Source: Candidatus Eiseniibacteriota bacterium
GTDB taxonomy: Bacteria; Eisenbacteria; RBG-16-71-46; CAZAMP01
DNA: 64,000 bases
Direction of reading: 5' to 3'
Assembly: GCA_965224245.1 (NCBI GenBank)
Contig: OZ245046.1
Coordinates: forward strand, 2,816,001 to 2,880,000
Part shown: positions 54,992 through 64,000 of the stretch, one piece after another
How the letters are laid out: each line of letters begins with the position of its first letter
Numbering within the stretch: the first letter of the stretch is position 1
The notes under the pieces: generated by a model
Told to the model about the DNA's origin: nothing
Database searches by the model: none
Seen by the model: the letters and a program-made list of their open reading frames with translations, nothing else
Position numbers and translations under genes: made by a program

Positions 54992-56827
54992 CTAGCGGCC
55001 GGTGTCGCCGACGACGAGCTTTCGAGACACGTTCCAGCGCTCCGACGCCAGCGCGAGCACGTACACCCCGGCCGGCAGCCTCCGGGTGTCGAGAGGAACG
55101 TCGTGCACCCCCGCACCGAGACGGCGGCGCTCGAACAGCGAGCGCACCTCTCGACCCGAGACGTCGAACAGTCGCGCGGTGAGGCGCGACGACGCCTCCA
55201 GCTCGAGCCGGACGTGAGCGGTTTGCCCGGGTGCCGGGTTCGGGGCGAGGACGAGCCCTCGCGGACCGTCGATCGTCGCCGGCGCCTCCAGGAGCTGACC
55301 CGGCTCCCCACCCACGTGCAACACCCAGTCGTCGTTCGTCGGGGGCACGAAGGCCACGGGACCGCCGCCGGCGACCGGGGCGATCGTCGTGTATCCCCCG
55401 ACGCGCGGATCGAACCACTCGGCGATGAGCGTCTCGGTGGGGAGGACCGAGCTGAGGTCGAGCGTGAACTCGGTGTCGTCGGGAACGTAGACGACGAACT
55501 CCGCGCCGTCCTTGGCCAGCGCCAGCCCGTGCGACGTGAGCGCGTTGGCCGGCACCATCTCCCAGTACGGGAGCTGCGTCATGAACTCGTACGCGAGGCG
55601 GTTGTAGTCGAAGTGAAGCGCGGTGGTGTAGTGCTCGCCCCACTTCCATCCCAGCGACGCGCCCTTGTAGTATCCGCCGGCGGTGATGACGCCCCAGATC
55701 CCGGAGATCATGTTCTCGGTGCCCCGCCATCCCTCTATGACGTACTCCTCCATCATGATCGGAATGGGATGACCGGCGTCGATGGTGGCCTCGCGAGCAT
55801 CCAGCACGAGCTGGTTCAGCGAGAAGCCGTCGGTGAAGCTCTGCAGCGCGGTGTGATCGAAGTCGGGGTTTCCCGCGAACGGGTAGGGCCCCTGCAGCTG
55901 GTGCGCGGAGACCAGGTGCTGAAAGACGTCCACCGAGGAGAGGTGCGCCGCGCGGTGGGCGGCCCAGTCGTTGTCGCGGTACTCGTCGTGCTCGAGCGCG
56001 ACGTTCCACGTGACGTTCGAGAACGCGCCGAACCGACCCACGATGTACGTATAGAACTGCTCCTCGTCCTGGCTGTACGCGGGCGCGATCAACGACGTCG
56101 AATCGTCCGAGTACACCCAGAGGTCCGCCACGATCCCGTGATCCAGGAGCTCCTGGATCACCGCGTCCCAGGCGTTCATCTTCGAGAGCTGATAGCGGCT
56201 CTTGTCGTGCGAGGATCGCGTGCCTTCCCACGGAAAGACGTCGTACACGTGGTCGTCCACCAGGGCCATCAGGAAGTTGTTGACGCGGTGCTCGGCCATG
56301 TAGGCGATCGCGTCCGATCGCTCGGCGTCGGTGAACGACTCCGACAGGAAGTTCCACTCGCTGTCGCCGTTCCAGAAGTAACGCTCACCGTTGGCGTACG
56401 TCAGGTGATGCGGATGGTCCGGGTCGATCCCGAGCGGCCCGCGGTTCGTGGCGTAGGTGACGCCGAACACGCCTGATCCCCCCGGGGTGCCGTCGGTCCA
56501 CGAGTACGTGTAACGCCACGTACCGGTCTCGTCGGGCATGAACCACACGCGCCAGACGTTGCCGAGCTGTCCGCCGAGGCCGTCGCCGTCGTACACGCCG
56601 AAGAAGTCGATCTCGCGCCCGCTGGGGGACACGAGGTGAATCCGGAGCTCGATTTCGGTGAAGTCGAAGGGATTCGTGTAGACGCCGTCGTTGGTGACGG
56701 TCAGCTGCCATCGATCGTAGATCCGGACGATGTCGCTCGCCCCGGCGTCGTCGGCGGCGGCGAGCGCCAGCCCGATCAGCCCGGCGAACGCGATCGCGAC
56801 ACGTCGTCGTGACGCGAGAGTGACCAT
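54992..56827 (-). CDS. Secreted DUF5060/DUF4038 (apiosidase-like glycoside hydrolase) protein with collagen-binding-like and T9SS/FlgD-like C-terminal domains
   Basis: YTNPFD, FYDGD-like VYDGDG, W.V.F.PD..G.W.Y, NV.W....E, EWFDPR.G, DWVL, then PNP...LFDVSGREV...LPAGVY. Confidence 0.8.
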   Translation of the reverse strand: MVTLASRRRVAIAFAGLIGLALAAADDAGASDIVRIYDRWQLTVTNDGVYTNPFDFTEIELRIHLVSPSGREIDFFGVYDGDGLGGQLGNVWRVWFMPDETGTWRYTYSWTDGTPGGSGVFGVTYATNRGPLGIDPDHPHHLTYANGERYFWNGDSEWNFLSESFTDAERSDAIAYMAEHRVNNFLMALVDDHVYDVFPWEGTRSSHDKSRYQLSKMNAWDAVIQELLDHGIVADLWVYSDDSTSLIAPAYSQDEEQFYTYIVGRFGAFSNVTWNVALEHDEYRDNDWAAHRAAHLSSVDVFQHLVSAHQLQGPYPFAGNPDFDHTALQSFTDGFSLNQLVLDAREATIDAGHPIPIMMEEYVIEGWRGTENMISGIWGVITAGGYYKGASLGWKWGEHYTTALHFDYNRLAYEFMTQLPYWEMVPANALTSHGLALAKDGAEFVVYVPDDTEFTLDLSSVLPTETLIAEWFDPRVGGYTTIAPVAGGGPVAFVPPTNDDWVLHVGGEPGQLLEAPATIDGPRGLVLAPNPAPGQTAHVRLELEASSRLTARLFDVSGREVRSLFERRRLGAGVHDVPLDTRRLPAGVYVLALASERWNVSRKLVVGDTGR

Positions 56828-57189
56828 GTCGGCTCCAATCCTTGGTGCAACGCGAGGCGCTGGCAGGTGAACGTCGTGAGGGGGGATGTTAGGTCGCGAG
56901 TGGGAGTGGCACAACGCCGCAAGCCCGGACACCCGCCCCGCGCGCCGAGTCACCTTTCGGTGTCGGCGAGCGCGTCGCGCCTCCTGAGCCCTCTGCACGC
57001 CCCGTCACCCCCGCCAGGATCGGCGTGCGGGGTCGTCCCGGCACGTCGTTGTGCTCGCGATCGTAGCGACTTACGGCGCCGGCCAGCCGCCGACGCGGGT
57101 GGGTGCCGGGTCGCCGCGGTCGGGGGGCTCGTGTCCGGGCGGCTTTCTCGACCACCCATTCACGATTCTCGACCGTGCGCGTGTCGCCG

Positions 57190-57966
57190 CTATGGCCGCC
57201 CCCCCAGCAGATCCACCGCTACGAGCCCGAGGACGAGCACGTCGAGGACGGCGAAGCTCCATCCGACCCGGCGCAGTGCCCGGGGATGGGGACGCCGGGA
57301 CGCGACGCCGATCGACAGGACGCCGGCGACGACGACGCCAACCGAGATCCAGGGGTATGCGCCGAACGCCCCCGACGGCGCAGCGGCGGTCAGCGCGAGC
57401 GTGCCGACCGCCCACACCGCGACGCCCGGCGACGACACCCGGCGGCGCGATTTGACGGCGTGGACGGTCAGCGTCTGGAGCGCGAACACGATCGCCCAGG
57501 CGACCGCGCCGGCGGTGAGGTCGGCGAGCCCCAACGAGCCGGCGATCCCGGTGGGCACCAGCGCGGACGCGAGCGCGGTCGCGATCAGGAGTTCGCCGGC
57601 GAGGGACTTGTCGGCGCGCCGCGCAACCGCGGCGGCCACGGCCACGCCGAGAACGAGGGTCGCACCCGCGGCCGCCCGCTCGGCCGACGAGACCTGGACC
57701 AGCCAGACGATCCAGGCGCCCAGCGCCGCGACCGAGAGGAACACGCCCTGCACGAGCGCGGGCCGCTGGAGCTGTCCCGCGGCCCGCGCGCCGCGTCGCC
57801 CGAGGAGGATCCGCACGGGCTCGCTGGCCGCGAACGCGGCCACGACCCCCAGCGCGAAGACGACGCCGATCCACGACGGCGACACGACGAGCGCCGTGAC
57901 GAGCGGGGCGAGACATTCCACGTACGCGCCGTGCTCTCGCGGCCACAGCCGGGTGCCCCCTCGCAT
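57190..57966 (-). CDS. YwiC-like family membrane protein
   Basis: N-terminal PREHGAY motif, multiple TM helices, C-terminal RRVGW. Confidence 0.75.
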   Translation of the reverse strand: MRGGTRLWPREHGAYVECLAPLVTALVVSPSWIGVVFALGVVAAFAASEPVRILLGRRGARAAGQLQRPALVQGVFLSVAALGAWIVWLVQVSSAERAAAGATLVLGVAVAAAVARRADKSLAGELLIATALASALVPTGIAGSLGLADLTAGAVAWAIVFALQTLTVHAVKSRRRVSSPGVAVWAVGTLALTAAAPSGAFGAYPWISVGVVVAGVLSIGVASRRPHPRALRRVGWSFAVLDVLVLGLVAVDLLGGRP

Positions 57967-58199
57967 CAGCTCGACCCCTGCGTCGCGCGGGCCCAGGTCG
58001 ACGCGCCGGCCGGCCGCCGGCGCCGGGCGAGCCTCGTGGGGCGGCCGGGCCCTCGGTATTCAGGATTCGATCCGGCGCGCCGGCGGCCGCGGTCCGGCAC
58101 AAACTCGACCTCTGGATTCAAACCCTCGAGCCCTCCCGGTCGTCGAACATCATGGCCCCCGAGCCGCCTTCACGTCCTCGAACCGAAGGAGTGTCCCGC

Positions 58200-58913
58200 A
58201 TGAGCCCCATCTCGAGCTACCTCAACCGGCTGGCGATCGGCGTCGCCGCCGTCGCCATCGTCTCGACCACCGCGTCGGTGGCGGTCGCGGGCGGCTGGCG
58301 GGCGAGCCACGATCGGCATGCCCGCATTCAGGGATCCGGAGACCTCGAGACGCGTGTTCTCGACCTCGAGGGTTTCGACACCATCCGGGTGGACGGGATC
58401 GCCGAGATCGACGTGTCGATCGGGGACGACTTCCGCGTCGAGCTCGAGGCCGAGGACAACGTGATCGACCACGTCGACGCACGGGTCTCTCGCGGTCGGC
58501 TGATCATCGACACCGACGACATCCACGACATCGACACCGACGAGGGCATCCGGTTCACGATCACGATGCCGGCGCTGGTCGAGATTCGCGTGGACGGGGT
58601 CTGCACGCTGACCGCCGAGGGTCTGGACAACGACGAGACGCGCGTCGAGGTCGACGGGGTGGGCGACATCCGGCTCTCGGGTCGGACCCGATCGCTCGAC
58701 GTCGACGCCGGCGGCGTCGGCGAGATCGACCTCGAGGATCTGGTGGCCCAGTATGCCGACGTGAACGTTGGGGGAGTCGGAGACGTCGTCGTGTACGTGG
58801 AGAAGGAGCTGGACGTGGACGTGCACGGAATCGGGTCGGTCACCTATCACGGCGATCCCGAGCGCGTGCGAGACGACGTGGGCTTCTTCGGAGACCTCGT
58901 CGCCGCCGATTGA
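58200..58913 (+). CDS. Head GIN domain (DUF2807) protein
   Basis: AAGGAG RBS, signal peptide, IQGSG...R, repeated V.GVG.I units, G.GSV.Y.G.P. Confidence 0.85.
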   Translation: MSPISSYLNRLAIGVAAVAIVSTTASVAVAGGWRASHDRHARIQGSGDLETRVLDLEGFDTIRVDGIAEIDVSIGDDFRVELEAEDNVIDHVDARVSRGRLIIDTDDIHDIDTDEGIRFTITMPALVEIRVDGVCTLTAEGLDNDETRVEVDGVGDIRLSGRTRSLDVDAGGVGEIDLEDLVAQYADVNVGGVGDVVVYVEKELDVDVHGIGSVTYHGDPERVRDDVGFFGDLVAAD

Positions 58914-59090
58914 CCGAGCCGCGGCGGTTCGGGGCTGGCGAGGTCCGGGGATCGGGTCTACTCTCAGCGTGCACGTGACGTGGTCCGGCTCGAGCGGATG
59001 CGGCACCGGAACGGGGCCGCGCCGGGTCGCCGGTCCACCGGCGTCGGGCCCGGTCGGTGCTCGACTCGACCCCCGCCGGGAGTTTCCGAC

Positions 59091-61652
59091 ATGCCGCCAC
59101 GACGGCTTCGCCACGACGGCCGCGCCGCGCTCCTGGCGCTGGCGGCGGGGCTCACCCTGGCCACCGGCATCCCGCGGCCGACGCTGGCCGACGACGACAC
59201 ATCCCTCCGGACCGCACCCGATCGGCCGGACGCGCCCGCGAACGACGACACGCTGCGGGTGACGTCGGTCCTGGTGGCGGCCCGGGGGGCCTCCGGCGGC
59301 CGGTCGCCGGTCTTCACCGACGCGGTGCTGGCGCGGATCGCCGCCGGCGACTTCGTGCCGCCCCGCGAGGGTGACACGTTTCTCACGCCCGAGGGCGAGG
59401 AACGCGTGTGGCGCCGCGTCACCGCAAACGCCGACGGCTGGATCGATGACGACGAATCGGCGGGCGGATACGTGTTCGCCACCCTCGACGTCCCACGCGG
59501 CGGGCGCTACGTGCTCGAGGCCCGGGGCCATCGCTGGGTGATCATCGACGGCGAGCCTCGCGCCGGGGATCCGTACAACCTCGGCTTCCTGGTGACGCCG
59601 GTGCATCTCCGCGCCGGTCGGATCGAGCTCCTGTTCCGGCGGGGTCGCGGCGCCCTCCGGGCGACGTTCGTGCGCCCACCGGCCCCCGTCTTCGTCGATT
59701 CGCGCGACCCGGTCCTGCCCGACGTGGTCGGTGGCGTCCCCGAGACCGTCGCCGGGCTCGTGGTCGTGAACACGACCGACGAGTGGCGCCGCGGTCTCGT
59801 GCTGGTGGCCGACGCTCCTGCGGTCGGGATCTCGTCGAGCGGGTCCTCCCGTCCGTTCACGCTCCCGCCGGCGTCCAGTCGCAAGATCCCGGCGGGCTTC
59901 CGGGTCGACCCGGCGCCAGCCCACACCGATACGGTCCAGCTCGGCGTGCGGCTCCTGGCCGCTCACGGCGACGCCGCCATGCCGCTTCACACCCGGACGT
60001 TCGATCTGCGGGTTCGGGAGCCCGACCAGAAGCACACGCGTACGTTCGTCAGCGCCATCGACGGCGGCGTGCAGCTGTACGGCGTCACGCCGCCGCCCGG
60101 CGCACCGGTCGCCGATCTCGGCCTGGTCATCACCTGTCACGGCGCGGGCGTCTTCGGCCCGCGTCAGGCGAACGTCTACGAGCCGAGGGACTGGGCGTAC
60201 ATCGTGGCGCCGACCAACCGCCGACCCTTCGGGTTCGACTGGGAGGACTGGGGCCGGATGGATGCGCTCGAGGTGCTGGAGATCGCGCGCCGGACGTTCC
60301 GGACCGACCCCTCGCGCACCTGGCTGACGGGCCACTCGATGGGCGGGCACGGAACCTGGCACCTCGGAGCGCTCCTGCCCGATCGCTTCGCCGCGATCGG
60401 GCCCTGCGCCGGCTGGCGGGACTTCTGGTCCTACGGGTCCGGCGCCGAGTGGGACCCCGACGATCCCGTGGCCGACCTCCTCTCGCGGAGCGCCAACGGG
60501 AGCCGGCTCGGGCTCGTGGACGAGAATCTCTCGCACGTCGGCGTCTACGTGTTCCACGGGGACGCCGACGACAACGTGCCGGTCACCGAGGCCCGGGCGA
60601 TGCGCGAGCGGCTCGGGCAGTTCCACCCCAACTTCGCCTACCGCGAGTACCCCGGAGGCAGCCACTGGTGGGGCGACGAGTCCACGGACTGGCCGCCGCT
60701 CCTCGAGTTCCTCAGGGGCAACGTCATCCCCGACCCCGCCGGCGTCCGCGACGTGCGCTTCATCACCGTGAACCCGGGGGTGTCGGCTCGCTGCGACTGG
60801 CTGACGATCGAGGCCCAGGTGCGGTCGCTTCTGCCGAGCCGGGTGGAGGCGGCTCTCGATCCCGATTCGTCGACGCTCGTCCTGACCACCGAGAACGTCC
60901 GCCGGCTCACGGTCGACCTCGCGCACCTCGACGCGCGTCCCAGCGACGATGCCGCGGCGATCGACGTCGTGCTGAACGGAACGTCGCTGGGGGACGTTCC
61001 GTGGATCGAGGACGGTCCGACGCTCCGGATCGACGACGTGGACGACGAGCCGTCGCGCGTCGTGCGCTTCGATCGCGGCGGAAAGTCGCCGGGCCGCAGC
61101 GGCCCCCTCAAGGAGGCGTTCCGCAACGGGATGCTCTTCGTGGTGGGGACCCGGGGAACCGACGAGGAGACGGCCTGGGCGATGGCCAAGGCGCGCTACG
61201 ACGCCGAGACGTTCGCCTATCGGGGCAACGGCGCGATCGAGGTCCTGCTCGACTCCGACTTCGATCCCGACGAGACGCGCGACCGCAACGTCGTGCTCTA
61301 CGGCCACGAGGACGTCAACGGCGCCTGGGACCAGGTGCTCGACGACTGCCCGGTGCGCGTGCGCCGGGGATCGGTCCGGGTCGGCGGCCACCGGGTGAGC
61401 GGCGACGATCTCGCTTGCCTGTTCGTCCGGCCGCGGCGCGACAGCGACGTGGCCAGCGTCGCGGTCGTGGCCGCCACCGGTCTTCCGGGCGCGTGGGCGG
61501 CGACGTTCCTGCCCGTGTTCGTGTCCGGAGTCGGATTCCCGGACTGGATCGTGATCGGCGCCGACATGCTCGAGCGCGGCGTCGCCGGTGTGCGCGGCGC
61601 CGGCTTCTTCACGGCGGACTGGGACGTCGGTGAGGACGCGGCCTGGCGCTGA
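59091..61652 (+). CDS. Secreted alpha/beta-hydrolase (prolyl oligopeptidase/esterase-like)
   Basis: HGA oxyanion region, GHSMGG nucleophile elbow, HGDADDNVP, HWW; signal-like N-terminus. Confidence 0.85.
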   Translation: MPPRRLRHDGRAALLALAAGLTLATGIPRPTLADDDTSLRTAPDRPDAPANDDTLRVTSVLVAARGASGGRSPVFTDAVLARIAAGDFVPPREGDTFLTPEGEERVWRRVTANADGWIDDDESAGGYVFATLDVPRGGRYVLEARGHRWVIIDGEPRAGDPYNLGFLVTPVHLRAGRIELLFRRGRGALRATFVRPPAPVFVDSRDPVLPDVVGGVPETVAGLVVVNTTDEWRRGLVLVADAPAVGISSSGSSRPFTLPPASSRKIPAGFRVDPAPAHTDTVQLGVRLLAAHGDAAMPLHTRTFDLRVREPDQKHTRTFVSAIDGGVQLYGVTPPPGAPVADLGLVITCHGAGVFGPRQANVYEPRDWAYIVAPTNRRPFGFDWEDWGRMDALEVLEIARRTFRTDPSRTWLTGHSMGGHGTWHLGALLPDRFAAIGPCAGWRDFWSYGSGAEWDPDDPVADLLSRSANGSRLGLVDENLSHVGVYVFHGDADDNVPVTEARAMRERLGQFHPNFAYREYPGGSHWWGDESTDWPPLLEFLRGNVIPDPAGVRDVRFITVNPGVSARCDWLTIEAQVRSLLPSRVEAALDPDSSTLVLTTENVRRLTVDLAHLDARPSDDAAAIDVVLNGTSLGDVPWIEDGPTLRIDDVDDEPSRVVRFDRGGKSPGRSGPLKEAFRNGMLFVVGTRGTDEETAWAMAKARYDAETFAYRGNGAIEVLLDSDFDPDETRDRNVVLYGHEDVNGAWDQVLDDCPVRVRRGSVRVGGHRVSGDDLACLFVRPRRDSDVASVAVVAATGLPGAWAATFLPVFVSGVGFPDWIVIGADMLERGVAGVRGAGFFTADWDVGEDAAWR

Positions 61653-61688
61653 GCCCTCTCCGACATCGGGTTCGGGGTGCGGCCGCGG

Positions 61689-63218
61689 TCACGCCCCGTC
61701 GATCGGCTCGACCGAGCGCGACGTCCGCGCACGGTGATAGGCCACGATCACCCGGGCGTCCCGTCGGCCGTCGAGATCCTCGCCGTCCGCACTCTCGACG
61801 ACGCCGCGCCGGGCGAGCCAGCGCACGATGCGCACGGCCGCCCCTGACCCGACCAGGAACTCGTCGATCACGTCCGAGGCCCGGAAGGCGTCACCGCGAT
61901 GGGTCCGCAGGAACTCGCGGACGTGCTCCTCGGGGATGCCGAACCGACGGGCCGGCCAGCCGTCGAGACGGTCGGTGAGCGCCGCGTCGCCGAACGGATC
62001 GGCCGGCACCAGCTCCGCCAGCGCGGCCTTGTCCCGCGGGGTGGCCACGAGCGCGCGCGAACCCGGCTCGGGACTGGGTGCATCGACCGGAGGGCGCGCG
62101 AGGTCGTGACCGCGGGTGGTGGGTCGATCCGAGGTCAGATGAGCGAGACGCCGCCGGGCCGGTGCGGACGCGGCGCGGCCGTAGCGGGCGTCGGCCCGGC
62201 TCCTGGCAACGTAGGCGGCGAGCATGTCGCATTCCAGCGCGCGATCTCCGATCGCGCGCGCAACGTTCCATCCGGCGTTGGACGCCGCCACCGACTCCTC
62301 GACGTGGCCGGTGCGCGCACACGCATCGGCGAGCTCGCCGAGGGCGAGCGCCAGCGCGATCCAGCGAGATCCGTCGCGATGGGCGGCAACCGCCATGGCC
62401 AGCGCGCGGCGACGTCGCTCCGGATCGTCGGCGGCCAGGCGAGCGAGCCGGTCGTACGACGCGCCGAGGCGCGTGACGTCGAGGCGGCGCGTACGTTCGG
62501 CGATCACCGCCTCCATCATCTCGACGGCGAGCGCGGGGCTTCGGCGTGCGGCCAGCACCTCGGCCAGTGCCTCGTCCGTCGCGAGGGTGCCGCGCGGATC
62601 CCCGGCATGCGCAAACAGCGACCGCGCCCGCCGGTTCACCGCAAACGCGAACGCGGACTCCCCGGAACGCAGCAGCACCTCCCCCAGCCGCAGCATCGCC
62701 AGCGGCCGGAGGCCCTCCGGGCCGCGGCGTCCGATGGCCGGCAGCAGCATGAGGGCTCGCTCGTGCTGCCCCGTACGTGAGAAGACGTCGGCGAGCACGA
62801 GCTCGATCCTCGCCCGCCACAAGACGCGCGCTCCGACCTGGCGATGGGCGTCCAGGAGAAGCGACTCGGCTCGCTCGACGTCGCCGCGCTCGACCTCGGC
62901 GACGGCCTCCAGGAACTGGAAGCGAGCCGGATCACGCGCCAGTCCGATGTCGAGAAGGGCATCCTGACGGGAGTCCCGGGTGGACGACAGAACGAGATGG
63001 AGTCGCTCGAGAAGCCCCGGGACGGCGCGGATCGGAAACGAGACACCGCCATCGAGCCCTTCCCGCCACGCGTGATCGACCAGTGCGCTGACCTCGAAGC
63101 TGTGTGGAACCGCTCGATCGGTCTCGTCCACGAGGAGCTGTCGGAGCCGGCGACACTGATGGCCCGGCTCGTTCGTACGAAGAAGGTCCACGAACGTCCC
63201 TCGACGCGATGGCCGCAT
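61689..63218 (-). CDS. TPR-like helical repeat protein with possible C-terminal winged-helix domain
   Basis: Repeated LA/LG.V...G...A helical pattern. C-terminal HVREFL...FRASDV...AVRIVRWLARRGVVE. Confidence 0.6.
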   Translation of the reverse strand: MRPSRRGTFVDLLRTNEPGHQCRRLRQLLVDETDRAVPHSFEVSALVDHAWREGLDGGVSFPIRAVPGLLERLHLVLSSTRDSRQDALLDIGLARDPARFQFLEAVAEVERGDVERAESLLLDAHRQVGARVLWRARIELVLADVFSRTGQHERALMLLPAIGRRGPEGLRPLAMLRLGEVLLRSGESAFAFAVNRRARSLFAHAGDPRGTLATDEALAEVLAARRSPALAVEMMEAVIAERTRRLDVTRLGASYDRLARLAADDPERRRRALAMAVAAHRDGSRWIALALALGELADACARTGHVEESVAASNAGWNVARAIGDRALECDMLAAYVARSRADARYGRAASAPARRRLAHLTSDRPTTRGHDLARPPVDAPSPEPGSRALVATPRDKAALAELVPADPFGDAALTDRLDGWPARRFGIPEEHVREFLRTHRGDAFRASDVIDEFLVGSGAAVRIVRWLARRGVVESADGEDLDGRRDARVIVAYHRARTSRSVEPIDGA

Positions 63219-63423
63219 CGCCTGCGGCTACTCGGGTCTCGATGTCGTCGATTCTCTCGGGGAAGGTGGGGCGCCGGGATCGGGCACCAGCCGGGGAGCG
63301 CGACACTATCCGATCCGCATCGATCGCGTCCAGCTCGGCACCCGCCCTCCGGTCGTGCCTCCGGCGCACCCGCCAGCGTCGGCTTCTCGCGACGCTGCGT
63401 GACGTCGTCGCCTGCCCAAATCG

Positions 63424-63449
63424 ATATCGGATTCATTAGTAACCGATAT
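63424..63449. promoter_or_regulatory. AT-rich inverted repeat, candidate operator
   Basis: ATATCGG-N12-CCGATAT within a conspicuous AT-rich patch between divergent genes. Confidence 0.5.
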
Positions 63450-63561
63450 TGGATGGAGGTTCAAGACCTCACTCCCGGCCGTCGCCCGGCGTCACGCCGG
63501 GATCTGGGCCTGCCGGATGCGCATGAGCCGTCACACCGGATCGAGCCTCTCGCGGGGTGTC

Positions 63562-63590
63562 TTGACGCTGACAGGACCGTCTCCTACCCT
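63562..63590 (+). promoter_or_regulatory. Sigma70-like promoter
   Basis: TTGACG-17nt-TACCCT, 46 nt upstream of the GTG at 63637. Confidence 0.6.
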
Positions 63591-63636
63591 CGCGGCCGGT
63601 CCGTAACCCCGGCCCCGATCAAACCTGGAGTGTCAC

Positions 63637-64000
63637 GTGCCCACGAGGGATCGCGCATCGAAGTCCCGTCCGACCCGCGGCCAGCGTGTCGAACGGGTCA
63701 TGCGGGAGCGCGGGTACGATCAGTCGTCGCTGTCGAGGGCCACCGGCGTCCCTCAGAGCTTCATCTCGCGCCTCGTCGGCGACAAGAGCGACTCGTTCAA
63801 CCTCGATCACCTCACCGCGATCTCGCGGGAGCTGCGCGAGACCCTCGACTACCTGATCGCGGGCCGCCGGCCCAGCGAGCTGGCCGATCGCATGGATCAC
63901 GTGGCCGAGGAGATCCTGGAGATCCTCGACCAGACCTCCGATGAACGCCGCTCCTGGCTCCTCGAGTCCGCCCGCCTCGCGGCCGGACGCAACCCGGCGG
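63637..64000 (+). CDS. XRE/Cro-family HTH transcriptional regulator (3'-partial; absent from the ORF track)
   Basis: Manual translation from GTG 63637 (GGAG RBS): ...RGQRVERVMRERGYDQSSLSRATGVPQSFISRLVGDK...LTAISRELRETLDYLIAG..., open to the window end. Confidence 0.85.
   Translation, partial: MPTRDRASKSRPTRGQRVERVMRERGYDQSSLSRATGVPQSFISRLVGDKSDSFNLDHLTAISRELRETLDYLIAGRRPSELADRMDHVAEEILEILDQTSDERRSWLLESARLAAGRNPA

Noticed and set aside
58170..61391. 1073-aa antisense ORF and the many other long overlapping ORFs (e.g. 8999-11401, 14088-16520, 42219-44855, 53904-56357)
   Set aside because: Shadow ORFs overlapping well-supported genes, with low-complexity R/G/P/A composition.
1..64000. tRNA/rRNA genes, prophage, integrase, transposase, known defence systems
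   Set aside because: No cloverleaf, rRNA signature or diagnostic protein motifs were recognised by eye.

Overview
High-GC (roughly 70% by eye) bacterial chromosomal region with about 38 intact or partial CDSs. No rRNA, tRNA, CRISPR array, integrase or transposase is visible. Housekeeping and metabolic genes include sodN, xth, ppc, hutH, an orphan groES, an Fe-ADH, a 2-hydroxyacid dehydrogenase, a GGCT and a DinB protein. The window is dominated by cell-envelope and secreted proteins: five GT-C-type membrane glycosyltransferase-like proteins, two lipoprotein/TonB-dependent-receptor pairs, several lipoproteins, and four secreted proteins plus one remnant sharing a FlgD-Ig/T9SS-like C-terminal domain. 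One of these is a 3102-aa protein with 7 FG-GAP repeats and 14 tandem ~156-aa repeats. One small secreted protein ends in a 'SWGRVKAAY' motif. The C-terminal features suggest, by inference only, an FCB-related candidate lineage such as Ca. Eisenbacteria/Krumholzibacteriota/Latescibacterota. Non-coding highlights are a ~260-bp x3 tandem array with internal 24-bp inverted repeats between ppc and hutH, a doubly deleted FMN-binding glutamate-synthase-family pseudogene, and a divergent TPR-wHTH / XRE regulator pair with a palindrome and sigma70-like promoter at the right edge. All product calls are from motif recognition by eye; no searches were run.
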